From the NCBI RefSeq assembly GCF_052425735.1, contig NC_135769.1:9176001-9240000 (forward strand): a DNA stretch of 64,000 nt, written 5' to 3'. Positions 36,851-50,919 of the stretch are shown here, in pieces. The position numbers and the translations under genes were made by a program. Under the pieces are notes generated by a model that had not been told where the DNA came from, did not search any database, and was given only the letters and a program-made list of their open reading frames with translations. This stretch comes from Oculina patagonica (Eukaryota). Each line of letters opens with the position of its first letter. Within the stretch, counting starts at the first letter, position 1.

Positions 36851-39800
36851 AACAGCAATGCCGGTAAGAATCCTCTATGTTTGTACAGCACGTAAAATAT
36901 TTTACTTCCTAGGTTGCGGTGGTTTCTGTGACGAGATAATCCAGAGTCGATTGACGGTAAATGATTATTTGCCCCAACGCTGTTGACTGGGCTGTCTGCA
37001 TCTGTGTTTTTGAGTTCGATCACAGCTTGATGCTTACATTATCAATCGATTGGTCCTTGCATAATTTGTTTTCGAAGCAGCTTTACGGGCCAATCATTCA
37101 TCAGACAGGCTTTTCACACGCATGCTCCAACACTGATCCAGTAGGCGTCAGTTGTCGAACACGACTGCTGTGGTCAAGCCCGCTTTTGTTGACGTTCGGA
37201 GATTACTCGGGAGTCTTTCAGTCCAACGCAAAACACATCAACAGACTCTCTAAAATCCATTAGTGTGAATTAGACTCAATTTAGTGCTTTTGCTTCTTTT
37301 AAGAGATAACCACACCGCGTCATATCCCGGTGGTGGCAGCTCTTACACACGGGTATGTGGTGTATTGGATTCATTGACAAGCGTTCTAGGGGGCGTTAAA
37401 CCTTTATTCTACCTCACCTTAGGTCATCTTATAATTCAGCTATATAAGATCATCAATTATCTTCCTGCTATTTCATTTTATATCTCTGTAAGCAGCTCTG
37501 GTTTGTACTGTAAATCCCAAACTGGACTTAAGCGGATCAGGGTCGCGAGATAACGAGATATGTCGATCAATTTCATTTCCACTGGCTCTTGCTTTATTCG
37601 GTGACGGACTAAAACATAATTGTTTTTTCAGAATTCACGTTTGTTGTGTTAGTTTCATTTGCATCGAATACTTTGTCTTTTAAAGAAACCTTTTCTCTCT
37701 CTCTTCGATACTCATGCATGGCTACCATAGTTAGTGCTGACAGCCATGTTAAAGTGACTAATTGGCACGCCCCGCCCTCATTAAGATCTTATCTCATATG
37801 TCACGAAAGATCGAGTCGCAATTCGATCACGATGGCCCGTGATTTTCTTTGAATGCAAAATATTTGGAAGGCATGTTGAATGCGTTTCCGAACCGAAAAC
37901 CGCACCAATTCAGTACCCACTCGAGGAATCTTCACTCGCGGTTGGAAATGTTTGTTTTGGGCTAACAACGAAATCAATCTCATAGATCTTACTGAGGTCG
38001 TGATAACCATTTAAGTGCTTTAAGCCTTCGGTTTTCGCTCTTACACTTAACAAAAAACAATATTTCAAGCAAACCCGTGTTAAAAAAACTCAATGAAGTT
38101 TTCGCACGTCGCTCGAATGAAATATCTTTGACGATGGAAACTTGCGTAATTGGGGCAACGCTGTAAAAATTAAGAATGCAAAAAACGCATTTTTCTGCAT
38201 TTTCTGCCCTTTTTGACTCAACTAAGGGAACGTTTACGAAAGCGATGTCAATGCCTATCTCCTAAGGTCAAGATTTTATTGCGTTTTATGCTCTGTGAAA
38301 AGACAAACTCACCCAAACGCCTTGTGTAAATACATTTTTCCCCAATCTGCGAGCCATCTGTCCGTACTTTACAGTTCACTAAACATTAATACTTCCGGAC
38401 ATTTTTCTTTTTCGCCAGACTCTCGATTTCCGGTATATGCTGAGGTTACATTGGACATGTGAGCTTCTTAGGGTCGACACGTAAAAAAATTATCTCAACA
38501 GTTAACAGAGGCAGATACATAAGCCAACAACGAAGAATATTTTATGCCGGTATTTCGGCTGTGTTACTAAAATCAGTATTACAGTGCTGTTGAGAAGTGT
38601 CCCGGCGCGATGACATGGATAAATACGCCCGGATTAATCTCATTACGGAGTAGATAAATCCGCAAAGAGTTCTTAGTCGTTGAGACTTGCCAACGCTTTC
38701 ATTCGATGCACGGAAGCTTTTACCCCATTTCTAAACATTCACGGAAGAAAACAATTTCTTTAGAGCAACTTGAGACAAATGCACTTAACTTGAAAGAGTA
38801 ATTTTACGCGTAACCGTTCGTATGGCTCAGGATGACGACAGAAACACGACGGGAGCGCAGTGGTATTTGACGGATTACTTACAACCGATTATCTCTTGTC
38901 TAAGAGGAAAGGGCCTGTCTAAGCCTTTGCTGGTCGAACACTACATAAATTACACTTTAAGGATGATTTTGTTGGGTTTTGGCATTATTCTTGCGCTTTA
39001 TTTTTAATCGATAATTTTCTTGCTGCACTTGGGTACATGCATCGTCAATGTTGAGCGTGAGGAACAAGCGTGCGTTTCCCCCGTGTCTGTACTTTTTCCG
39101 TGTAAGATTTCAAAGTTTATGTTATTATTTCTTATCGATCGCGACGGGTAATTTAGCTGTTAAAAGGAATTAGTCTTACATTGATGTTTAGATCTCAGCA
39201 ATAAAATAAACAGCGCGGTATCTGTTTTTTTGTGGCGCCACTTCGCAGTCAAGCCACTTTGTTCTGTATTATCCAGCTGAAAATTAACGAGGAATAACTT
39301 CAAAATCACCGCCTTATTAAACTTGTGCACCATTATGCAAAGCAAGAGTATCAATCGGGAATTATATATTTTTTTAATTCTCATCGATCATAAATGACAG
39401 GCATGCCGTGACGGATAATGGCCACGTGTCCCGTCTTTTAAATTGTTTGTCGTTCACGCAGCTTCAAGTGAAATTCTGCTTATTTCTGTGTATAGTCGCT
39501 CGAATATTGAAACTAAAATCACGAACTCGATGGCTTTGCGGTTTTAGTTAAAGGAAACTCTTGTCAAAATTTCCACCTCGAAAGTCAAGAGTCTCAGAAT
39601 TTGAAAAAAAAGAAATGTCGGAAAATTCTAAGCAGAATTTCTATTCCTAATATAATCATATGAGCTTTCGTTGTCTCGACGATTCTCGGATTTCTACCAT
39701 TCTACTTGTGTTATTTTTCAAAATATTGCGTTCTTTTAGAACTCCGTGACCCATGCGTTTTAATGTTGTTATTTTTAGCTTCAAAGTTCGCGTAGACCGC

Positions 39801-41298
39801 ATCAAAACAAGGTAACATTGTGGATGGTAAGCCGCAAAGATTTTATTGTGTAAAACACGCCCTCCACCAAAATCCTTTGTGTTTTGATTAATTGCCGACG
39901 TTTATTGAAAGCACACTGAGCTATTTGTGATCGGCGAGGTGTGAAATAATGGTTAAGGAATAAACGCAACAATCGAAACATGAAATACGACGGCAGGCGC
40001 GGCATTTAAACATTCGTTTCACATTGGAGCCAGATATCAGCTGGGCAGGTGTGCCGGCTTCTCTCTGCAGTCGACAACTGTTTCGCTGTGGGTGACGTCG
40101 TTTTACATGGAGACACTACGTTAGGCAGTGTCTGAAGGAGTAATGAAGTAGCCTTGAGGAGTATCTTTGTCGGTCTAATATTTTAGGGCTAAACATTAAG
40201 GTGATTTTTAATGTTAAAACCTATAATTAAAATCCATAGAAATTGTTAAGCGTATCCCTTTTCTTTGTATTACGTGAATCGGTGTCTTTCAAGGCTTTCT
40301 TTAACGATTCTTTTATGATGATGAATTTGGCGGTTAGAGGCGGTAAATGATGCATTAACTATAGTGTTAAATGTATCAAACCTATAAATCATTCTATGCA
40401 AATTCAGATAAAGAAGAACTAAATCGACTAACTTATACCTGTAAACATGTCTTTCATACTGATTTATGAATACAGCAATTTTCTATCGTTTCTGATAATT
40501 TTTAAGATTTTGTAGAGGAAATGACCGTTTTCGTTTATTTTATCCTGCCAAGGTAGGCAAACGTTTACAACAAATCGCAGCGAGCATCAGAGCTTTCATT
40601 TATTATTTCAAGCTACGTGATACATTTCATGTTTATAGTGATTGCAGTACTTATGTTAAATGAAATTTGTTGATCATGTCGCCGATTTAAAATGTATCTT
40701 CTACCTTCTACCCCAGCAGGTGACTTAGGCAACGGGAACTATGTTTAAAAGTTCGTCCCTTGACCTGTTTTTGCCTTCGTTTTCTTTCAGCCGGTTGTTT
40801 TAAGTCTTCAAAGGAAAAATGTATTGTAGAAACACAAAGGTGCTTGCACATCACCCAGTAATAATGACAAGAAAGAGTCATTTGATTGAAGAAAAAGTAA
40901 TAAAAGCATTCTTTTGTTAAAAAAAGAAATAAAAAAGAAGCAGTTCATTAATGATGCGAAACCCGTTTCCCGCCAAATGGTAGAAATTATAACAACTATA
41001 TTGAGAACATAACTGATCTGACTCATAGACGTTCATAGGCTTCAACTTTATAAAGACTGCCGGCTGAAATTGTGCTAAAAATAAAGTAAATCCCTTTTGT
41101 TCAAAAGTTCAGATCAACAATGGTTCTTTCTGACTTCCATACATTTCATTTATTGTTACAAAGTCTAAAAGTTTTATGGTGCACCAAGATTTCTCATATC
41201 CCCATCACCTGTCAATTATTTGATGTTGTGAGGTAAAATAAAAACATTGAGACGAAGTTATCGGAATCCAACCAAAGGTACCTTTGCAATTGACATTT

Positions 41299-41528
41299 AG
41301 GGACGGACCATTATTTTATTGGAGGGGGGGGGGGGGATGAAAAATTTCCCTCTGCAAACCTTTTTTTTAGTTTATGCACCTCTGCAAACATTTTTTTTCG
41401 AAATTCTTACTATTTTTTGTTATACATATCGTGTTTGCAAACAATTTATTTTGTCTTTCCAGGCCCTGCAAACAATTTTTTTCAATATTTTTCATCCCTC
41501 CCCCTCCAAAAGAATAATGGCCGTCCCT
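41299..41528. mobile_element. Unclassified MITE
   Basis: TIRs AGGGACGGACCATTATTTTATTGGAGGGG / CCCCTCCAAAAGAATAATGGCCGTCCCT; internal TGCAAACAATTTT repeats. Confidence 0.75.
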
Positions 41529-41799
41529 TAGACATGATATTACAAAAAAAATGAACGAAAATGGTGAAAACTTAGCCTCGGCGCTATCAGACGTCTTTAT
41601 TTCTTCACTCTTTTCACCCCCGCTCAAAAAATACGTCTAAATTCCAAGCCAAAAATTCCATAGTGATGACGCAATTCTACAGAGATCCGTGTGATGTCAC
41701 TCATTGGCCATTGATGAGCTGTGAGTGAATTTTCGCGCGCGACTAACGGCCAATCACATATTCTGTAGAGAGCCTCTTTCTTTGTAGACCATAGTAAAA

Positions 41800-42188
41800 T
41801 AGTAATTATAATAATTTTTCTTGGACAATTCTGTCCAAGAGGGAAAGGCGCAATGAGGTTAACCTTATGTAAAGCACCAACCCGTGAAACAAGACCGGAC
41901 CACGACACCGGGAACTGCGTGCCGTACTCTTTGCGATGAGTGTGTGGTTTCTTTAACGTCCCCTGCTGACCATATAACACTGAAGATGCAGGAGACGGGA
42001 CCTACGATTTATCGTCTTTATCCGAGAAGACTAGAATATCTAACCATTTGCAGATGTAATATTGCAAAGGCAGAACGTTCTCCTCAGTTATTTTAAGACC
42101 TTAAGTGTTAGTCCGGTCTGGGGTTCGAACACGAGACCTCCCGCACAACAGTCCGGCGCTCTACCAACTAAGCTAACCGGTCGGCGGT
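41800..42188 (-). mobile_element. Near full-length tRNA-derived SINE (Nin-DC-like)
   Basis: Minus-strand head ACCGCCGACCGGTTAGCTTAGTTGGTAGAGCG (A box) ... GTGTTCGAACCC (B box) followed by GGTCTTAAAATAACTGAGGAGAA...CTGCCTTTGC; AT-rich tail near 41800. Confidence 0.75.
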
Positions 42189-43909
42189 TACGGAAAGATA
42201 CTTCATCGATTGAAATTTTTCAGATGGGATCACAGATGTTTCCCTCGCAAGGGGTGAATTGAGAGTGCGGAGTGACACCAGGTACATAGGCATCATGAGC
42301 TACAGGAATAAAACAACCTTTAAAAAACTTTTGATTAACAATGGATCACGGAGATTTTTCGGAGACATATCTGCACATGCGTGTTTCCTACATGAAGAGA
42401 GGAAGTACGAGGAAACGTTAGAGGAATTGTCATACTCCATTTATGCATTTACATATAAAAAAGAGAGTGGAATCTCCAGTTCCCTCAATAAGACACGCTG
42501 CAGGGAGGGAATCAAGGAAGTTCTATTAAAAAAAAGTGTCCTAGACTTGACAACGTTGAATACAACTACCATGATTCCCTGCAGGGGTGACTCAACGTCA
42601 ACGACGCCTGGATCAGATTGCCCAGGTCTTCATCGTTTAACCATCCAAGGGAGCCCTCGGTCAGCTGTTAAATAGCTGGCTGGTTGGAGGGCTGGGTAAG
42701 GTCAGCTTTTTTCCTTGTTTCAGCAAAGTCTTTGCTTTGAAAAGTGACTAGGACTGGTTTCGGCTTTTGGTTTTTGGCGGCTAGGCTCAGCAGCCTTGAG
42801 ACCTCTTGGCGGGCATGGGAAGTGGCTTTCTAGCCCCTGGGCTCTTTCAAAACGCACAGGGGGGAGAGAGGGATAAAGGAGTTGCTGGCCCCTGTCAGTT
42901 ACGGGAGCCTCGTTTTCTTAAATAAGGACAGATATGTATAGAGAGAAACTGTAAAAGGAATTTCCGTCACTTTTTTATCTAGAATTGTCGGTGAGAAAAA
43001 GACAGGAATTGCCTGTACACATTCGTAATCTTCGTACATAGGGAGGGAGGGAGGAATTGCTGGTGCATATACTCATACGTCTAGATATCGAGAGAAACTT
43101 TGAAAGTAACAATTGAAAGTGATTGACGGTACCCATTCATCATACATTTACATCTATAGAAAAATTTTTAGTGAATTGAGAAATTGGCGATACGTCTTTA
43201 TATATATTTGAAGAGGTACAGGAGAACTGAGAGTAAGAGAAAGGAATAACCGAAACACATGCCGTCACTGCGAGAGAAAATGAAGAGTTTCTAGTACACA
43301 TTCATACACCTGGGACTCTGGATGTAGTGGGGAAATGTGAGGAGGAGAGGAATCGATAGTAGATATCCATGAGTCTGATGTAGAAAGTGTTGTGATGTGG
43401 CTCAAGAGAACAAGAATCGAACCATTATCATTCTCACCCTTGATGTAGTAATCGTCTGGCCTCGTCTCAGATTATAATTATGACGTTGTGTTCAGTTCAT
43501 CAACTTAGTTCTCGCTTACCTGGGAATCATCATCATGGGATGGATCCTAATGGGTCGTAATGTGGAGTGGCTCAGAAGACAGGTCTAAAGAAGGGTCAGG
43601 GTTTTGAGAATTTGGCAAACACGCACAGCTGACAGTCCAAGGAGTATCAAACGGGGTTAAAGAGGGACGTTTACAATTTCGCCACATAGGAGGACCTGAC
43701 GCCATGACATCACAGATTTGACATCGTTGAACATACTAGGTCAGTTGCAATCCCTTTTTATTGGTTTGACCCGATGTTCAACACATATTTCTGTTTTATG
43801 TGATATAACAATGTAACGTAACTTCATCATGCACACATGCCCGTGTGTTGTGTGAAAGTTGCACGAGACCGTTTAAGATGAGCAATAGAACGTTAATCAT
43901 AAGCTGTAA

Positions 43910-44128
43910 AGGCTGGTTTCGCTGGGCATAAGCCCAAGTACAAGATTTGACAAAAGCGCATAAGACGAACTCACTGTTTTTATGCTCTCCTAACGTGGCA
44001 TAGGACAAATGCACAAGAAGAACGAACACCTTTGTTTTTATGCTTATCTCTATGCTCTTCTTATGCGCGTATGCTAATTCTTGTGCTTGTGCTTATATGG
44101 TTCTTTTATGCCAAATGAAAACCAGCCT
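43910..44128. mobile_element. PIF/Harbinger-like MITE
   Basis: TAA TSD (43907-9, 44129-31); TIRs AGGCTGGTTTC / GAAAACCAGCCT; GCATAAG/CTTATGC repeats. Confidence 0.7.
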
Positions 44129-44594
44129 TAAAGAAACAAAAAAACTCCAAAGCCTTGAAGGTAACATCCTCCGATTGACAGTCGTTACTTTGTGCTCTCG
44201 CCTCACTTCTATTTTTAACATTGCAAGGTTAAATATGGTGTTTATTAAAATCTTGAGAATAAAAAACAAAACATTAAAGTACTAAAATCATAAAAGAAGA
44301 TTTGAACGCTTTATATACATGCATTACTTGCAATATTGGTTCTGAGAAATTGGATAAACATCAAGACAATTTGTACACGTTATTTTTGCTTCTCTTTTAT
44401 ATTATCGTCCCTTATCTCTATGGCATTGACTGAGGAGGAAAGGGGAAGTGGACATTTGATCGATCAGTCTTGGGAGTTAACTCATCCACAGCAAAATTTA
44501 ACATTTGTGGGCATACACTTCAGACATTGAGAAAGAAAGTGTTAATTAAGTAGGTTGAAAACCGGTGGCACATTTTGCTTACAAACCATCAGTG

Positions 44595-44750
44595 TATTAA
44601 AATGTCTAAATAATTTAGCACCCAGTTATTTAAGCAACAATTTTTTTAAAAGGTCGCCAACCCCAGAGCTTTCATTTTCCCTTTTTCAGGACCACAGCAG
44701 GCCAAAAAAATTTTTCTTACAAAGCCTTAAACTTATGGAACACCCTTATT
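44595..44750 (+). mobile_element. CR1/L2 LINE ORF2 C-terminal fragment
   Basis: Translates as KCLNNLAPSYLSNNFFKRS ... PFFRTTAGQKNFSYKALNLWNTL. Confidence 0.6.
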
Positions 44751-44772
44751 ATAAAAATAAAAAACACTATCT

Positions 44773-44914
44773 NNNNNNNNNNNNNNNNNNNNNNNNNNNN
44801 NNNNNNNNNNNNNNNNNNNNNNNNNNNNNNNNNNNNNNNNNNNNNNNNNNNNNNNNNNNNNNNNNNNNNNNNNNNNNNNNNNNNNNNNNNNNNNNNNNNN
44901 NNNNNNNNNNNNNN
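44773..44914. other. Assembly gap (142 N)
   Basis: Run of N. Confidence 1.
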
Positions 44915-45844
44915 ATATTATTTATAATATAATATCATATAATATAATAAAAACTGAGATGCCCGACATCCCAGAGGAAACAGCCCCATTACCTTTACAA
45001 CTCATTAAAAAAAACAAATGAAGTACATGGTTGCAATACCAGATCTGCAGCTAGTGGAAACTACTACCAAAAGGCTTCTAGGATGGAAATGCCTAGAAAT
45101 GTTACAAATGTTAAATTAACTTGAGAAAATAATTGTTTTAAGGTATTACTTAAAATACTTTCATCTGTGGTTGGATAAGTATGCATTTAATCAACCTTCC
45201 CTTGTTCATCTCTTGAAAGGACACAACAATTTGTGTGGCGAAATGGGGAAGTGGGGACAGGCCAGTTTTTTTTTAGCCCCATGGAACCCTGGAGTGTAAA
45301 GAAAACAAAACCTACAGCCCATGGAGATGTACTAGAGAAATTTCCCTGGCAGAATTAACACTGTTGCTTATCTCGTGTGAGAGCAAAAGACAGGGATCGA
45401 ATTTTGCGGGCAGGTATCAAGATGCCAAAGTTCGCTCTGATTGGATGGTTTTCTGGATTCTCACGTGAGATCATCCGAGGACAATGGTTGGTTTTATAAA
45501 GCCCAAGCTCAAAATAGAACAAGAGTTGTTGATTAACTATAATTTATTTCACATGTTGAATAATTTGTGATAACCCTATTAGAGGTGTTTCAATCATTTT
45601 GTCAATCCTTACACTTCTGAAGTACCTTTCCTCTCTCTTTACTTCTTTTCTTTCACTTGGCTTTTATAACCTGTAGATGTTTTCTTTATTTCTCTGTATT
45701 TCATTGTTGGATCTTTGTATCTAATGTCACTTTTCTTCCACGTTACTTCCCACCTCGATTATCTGTTACTATTCACGGGTTATGACCATGTTTTTGTTTT
45801 AATACTTGATTGAAAAATAAAGTTTGCAATTGTCGTTGTGGAAA

Positions 45845-45967
45845 GAGTGGGCTACTCCTGTGTAAGAGCCAAAGTATTAGTAAAGAACCATGTGCGTTGC
45901 AGGAAACTGGTGGACGCCCTATGCTCCCACGGGGACGATAAGAAACAGTGATGATAATGATGAATGA
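45845..45967 (+). mobile_element. RTE-like LINE 3' end
   Basis: AKVLVKNHVRCRKLVDALCSHGD resembles the RTE terminal R..WR.LV.ALC motif, followed by a (TGA)n-like tail. Confidence 0.5.
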
Positions 45968-47989
45968 ATTGTTGTTGTGGCCTTGAAATGTTAGATGAGA
46001 ATATTACCTGCAAAAACAAAGAGGATAAACTGGAAATCATAGTAAGAAAAAAAGTCGCGACATTAAAAATGAAATGCACTTCTCCTCTCTGGTACCCATT
46101 CCAAATCAGTACAGTAGCAGCCCTGATAAGCTTGTAATTCTACTGGTCCTTTTGTGTAGCAGTTGCTGTTGTTTTGGAGGTGGGGCATTGTTCCTGTTGC
46201 TTGTTCTGTTGTTATCTCGGATGGTAGCGAGCCAACCCGATGTGAGGCCTTTCGAGAGCGGATACCCGACCCTCCTAAATCCCAGTAGAGCAATTCTTAA
46301 TATCCATGTAACCGGAATTTTGAACATTATCCTAGATAACGTTTGAGACTTTATATCTTTTTACAAGACTAGGTGGCTTGTCTGGCCGATGCTTGCAAAC
46401 TTGGACTGGGGTAGCTGTTGTGGCTCGCTTCTAGGAATAGTTAAAGGGCCTTTCGCAATTTATCTGTCCCATGCTGATAAAGTCCCAATAAACAACGAAG
46501 CTGCCGCCCATTGCTGTCACACTGCACAGATTGCTATACTGTACGCGCGAAGTTGGCTGAGCGAAATGCCGGCTAGTTTGTGTAGCAGTAGCAGAGCTTT
46601 TGCGCGCGAAGCGAGCATTATGGGAAAGAAATTTTGGTAAACCTTTTAGTGCGAGAAATTTTTGGCTCTGACGACAGTTTACGCCCGCCCGCCTATCTAT
46701 AGAGTCTCTGGGGAAGTGCAAGGGAAGTCCCATGAATAGAGACAAAGAGACTAATCTTCGCAGATAATTCAAATATCGGTGGATTTGGAATATCTGACCA
46801 CGACGAAAAACTGCCACCTCGCCGATATTTTTGGAGTTGGTTTTAGTGAAAGCTTTGCCGTAATTGACAAGCGTTCTCCAAATATGAAGAAACAAACTTT
46901 ACTAAATACGCTTAGACGGTGAAAATCTCTTTACACTTTATGAACGAATTTGTGTCGGTTTTCGGATCTTCCAGTAAATTGGATCCATTCTGGTTAAGCT
47001 GCTTTCAATTTTAAGCTCTTAACTTCACTTTTGTTGTACATTTACAGACATTTAAACTTTGTGTTTTAGTACGCAAGGTTAATTGCGACATTTTGTTTTG
47101 ATTCTTTAGAGCAGAGATTCATGATATTAAACGTTTTGCAAAAAAAAATTAAGCTATTCATCTACACGGATCAAAAACACGATAACGCCTTCGCAAATTA
47201 CAAACTGCAGAAAAATCCCGCAAACAAGACAAATAAAAACAACGAAAAACTACTCAGCGACGCTGCGAGCACCACTTCGCAAATTACAAACTACCAATAG
47301 ACAAATTCTCCTACATGCGAAAAACTGCTCTGAGCTAACTTACAAACCTGGCTCCCTTTCAATTTATATCGTGTAGACGTGCAAATTTTGTGTAAAGTAA
47401 CCGTTGCTGGAGCTGTGAAAATTAGCGAAAGCACCAGATTCAGATTTTTTTTTTTCTCTGACGACTCATTGAAGAAAAGTTTTGAATTTTGACGCATACG
47501 TGAGGAAGAGCCAAATCAATATAGCACTTTCAATAAAAAAAATTTAACCAATACACAGTATAAATATATACAGGCGACAACGTTGCGTTTATCGACATCT
47601 CTCTCATTAACCAAATGTTAAATGGTACACACGCACAGTATAAGCTCTGGGAGCTCCACTTTTAGCGCCAATTTTTATCAGCTATACTTTCGGCCAAACC
47701 CCATATCCAGTTATTTTATGTGCCCGCCCACACGAGCTCATCCGACTGTACCAGAGCGCGCGGCCAGGGGAAAAAAAAAAAAAAAAAAAAAAAAAAAACC
47801 CGCCGCGGACGGACGGGGCGCAGCCCCGCCGCGGGGCCGGGCGCGCGGCGGCCGACTCTAAAATTAAATAAAAAAATTACAGCTAGTTTGCCTTCCATCA
47901 ATTCTTTAAGTGTTCCTGACGTTCGTCCGAACTGAGTGAATTTTTCCTGTTACCTCTGAAGATGTGGCTAACTTTGTCCTGCGCTCATA

Positions 47990-48555
47990 AAAATAGTCTT
48001 ACACTTAGATCCTGTTCCCGCCTCAGGTGTTCTTAGGAAATGCCTGGACTTACTTTTACCTGTGGCCATTCAACAAGATTATCAACATGCCCCTAAGGAC
48101 TGATAATCTCAGCCTGTCATGCTTCAAGCAACGATGCAGAGAGTTTTAAAAGAGCAAGGGCTTTGATCTTGATGGCCCACATGTTTCTTGGACATCATAA
48201 CAGTCTCTGATAATTAACATTTTAAATAGCTTCTTTTCTTTCCTTTTCTTTTCTTTATATGTAAGTATCTTTGGGTGGACAAGCACGTATGGTTCTAATG
48301 TTCCCTTCAAAACCTTCTTTTTTCTTATATTTATGTTTTTCTTTTTTTCTTTTTATTGTTTGTATGACTAATAAGTTTATATATTGTGCCGTAAAATGCA
48401 TTAAATCAAATTAAAATTAAACGGAAAAAATAGTGGGTGCCCTTGTTTCCACCTTGAAAAAGACGCCTTTGGACTTTGACATTTATCCCAACTTTAAACC
48501 GGTGTATAGTCTGGTGTCTATCTCCAAGGCAACAGAGAAAGTAGTGGTTTCTCAG
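47990..48555 (+). mobile_element. L2/CR1 reverse-transcriptase fragments
   Basis: LDPVPAS..LRKCLDLLLPV..KIINM (48005-48090) and TLKKTPLDFDIYPNFKPVYSLVSISKATEKVVVSQ (48439-48555). Confidence 0.65.
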
Positions 48556-48599
48556 TAACTTCTCCACCAAATGTGACACCTTCCCCTTCTTCGCGATTC

Positions 48600-49165
48600 A
48601 CGTAGGTCAGGCCCCCATTCCAGTAAAGGACGACTAACATGGCCAAATCATCTTAACGTACTAATCTTAATTATAAGAATCAAATACCTTGGCGTCTGTC
48701 TTGTTCCTTCTCTGACTACAGTGCTCCTTACACGGTGGTACCACTTTATGCCTAGGTTACGGCTGAGACCGCAGTTATCTAAAGCATCAAGTCTCTTTTC
48801 TTTCGTGTTAGTACATGTTACGACCGCATTGTAAATGCGTTGTTTGGTCTTCAAGCTAACTTTGTTTCTCCACACCTTGAAAACTGCCCGAATGCCGTAG
48901 AGGCTCACCCTATCCCGATCTTCAGTTCGTCATCTAATACGTTAGAACGAAATAACGAAAGCCGTTGACAGTATCGACCGTTTCACCATCTTGGTGAGCC
49001 TTGGTCTCCGTTTCTACGAACTCCATGGCTTTAAACTTACATTTTGAGAAAGTGAGGCCAACTTCCTCTCCAGTTCGCTGCCATTAGTGCCTGTTGGCCG
49101 CTCTCACTTTTAGGCCCAAGAAGTGTAGCATCGTCAGAGTGGTACAGGTCAATCAGATTCAATGC
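48600..49165 (-). mobile_element. RTE-clade LINE reverse-transcriptase fragment
   Basis: LIDLYHSDDATLL (degenerate YADD) near 49120-49160; VWRNKVSLKTKQRIYNAVV...KRLDALDN..L.R.LGIKWYHRV in ORF 48648-48908. Confidence 0.75.
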
Positions 49166-49748
49166 GTGTTGCTTTACTGATACATACATTTGATCGTTCA
49201 CCAAAATATGTTATAGCTAGAATAAGCTCGTCAGTCTTCATTACTAGCTATCCACAATAAAGTCACATACCTTGTATTTAAAGGTTTATGGGTACGGTTC
49301 ACTGTGTTGTTAGCATTAAGGTTATGAATAATTTTTAATCGAAAGCTGGTCATTGTTTAGAATATGATGCCTTGCCTTTAAGTTTTGTTATGATGGCATC
49401 CATAATTAGCCAGCAGAATGCCTTAATTATCATTTCTGATTTGCTCATTAATTCCCCCAGTTTATTATGTACCAAACATCATCAACTCAATTCCACCAAC
49501 TACTTGTTTGCAAAAATTAATGTAGTAGAACCTCCACTGATAGCCACCTCTCTTTGATAAAATGCGAGGCAATGTCATCCCTTTTAGGCCCTACCTGTCT
49601 ATTTTAATGGACATTATGAATTTAAATGTTGTAGTGACGGCACCTAAGATAGTACAAAAACTTAAAGCAAAATGCCTGCAATAGCGTTTCTGTCGTTCTG
49701 AAAAATTCAATTTTCCCAGAAAAGCATGTCCCTAGATCGCTCTACTTT

Positions 49749-49815
49749 TAGCCTGCGTAGCAGGCGTAAAAAGAGGTAGGAGGTTTGAAGGAATTTGAGG
49801 GGTGAAAATAGGCTA
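49749..49815. mobile_element. Tiny internally deleted element with 9-bp TSD (TAGCCTG termini)
   Basis: Flanks CTCTACTTT / CCCTACTTT (8/9); ends TAGCCTGCGTAGCAGGCG ... AGGCTA. Confidence 0.65.
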
Positions 49816-50919
49816 CCCTACTTTGTTATGTACCGAACAGCATCAACTCAACCCCACCCCACTATTTGGTTGCAATTGCAGTCGACCGCCACTAACGAAC
49901 ACGTCCCATCACACAGTCAAGGCAATGTCAGGTCTTTTTTGGGCGTAGTTGGTCTATTTTTTTATGTCTGAGCAACTGGTGCATTGTTCAATCACAATGA
50001 TATAATAAATTCAATGAGTGCTGGAGAAAGTTATATAAACAATGATGCTTTTCACACAAGTTTTAATTTTACTCTATCATTTCCGGGAGGGAAGGGGTCA
50101 CAGTCCCTAAGTTCTCCCAAACGATTTGCACAACACATGTGAGATGTTTGAGGCATTTCGTAATTTCTTACTCCTTAGTTTATAGTGGCAATGTCATTGA
50201 TGATAACACATGAGTTACAAGAATATATATAACATTCGTAGACTGGAGAAACCAGCGCCCTACCTCTGGATCCGCACTAGAAACTCCCTAGAAAAAATGG
50301 GGTGATAATCAGAGGCGAGGACTGTAAGTGGTTCATATCGCAATGCTGTGAAATTTTGCCATTATCATTCTATAAATAAAGAGACCATATCCAGTTTTGA
50401 TTGTTCTTACTTCTAAAATACTTTCAAGCTACTGAACCGGTTTTTTCTGTAATGTTGTAAAATATAGCCTTAAAGTAATGCAACAGACGGCATTACTCCC
50501 GCTTATATTAATTTATTAAAGGATCGCAAAAAATAGTCCACAAAATATGTCATGCTATGTTTATGTGTCGTGTTAATTATTTTAGACATTTAGTACCGTT
50601 TGCTTAGGGTTTGCTTTCTTTGGTTTTTTTGTTGTTGATGTTTGTTTGTGTGTTGTTTTTTGTTGTTGTTGTTTGCGTTCTCTTTTTGTTTGGTGTGAAT
50701 AAGTTTTCTTTGAGGTTTGTCTGTGCTATAAACTTCAAAATGGAAAGCAATATTAGATTTTTAAAACATATCGAGTATTTCGTCTACTTTTCTTCACATG
50801 CTGAGGCTGCAAAGTCTAACTGGATCATTATATTTGATTATAATGTATTTAGCTACGACAAAAGTAGATTAAGGTCTATTGGAATTAAGGCCATAAGTTT
50901 GTCATTAAAACTGTATTAA

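Noticed and set aside
42115-42188. tRNA gene on the minus strand
   Set aside because: A/B boxes are present but it continues directly into a SINE body, so it is a tRNA-derived SINE head
42900-43400. Purine-rich degenerate repeats (GGAATTGC..TACACATTCATAC..GAGAGAAACT)
   Set aside because: Too degenerate to define a unit or function by eye
47750-47860. Extremely GC-rich patch flanking a ~28-nt A run as a CpG island or R/K-rich ORF
   Set aside because: Looks like low-quality sequence next to a homopolymer; the ORFs are compositional artefacts
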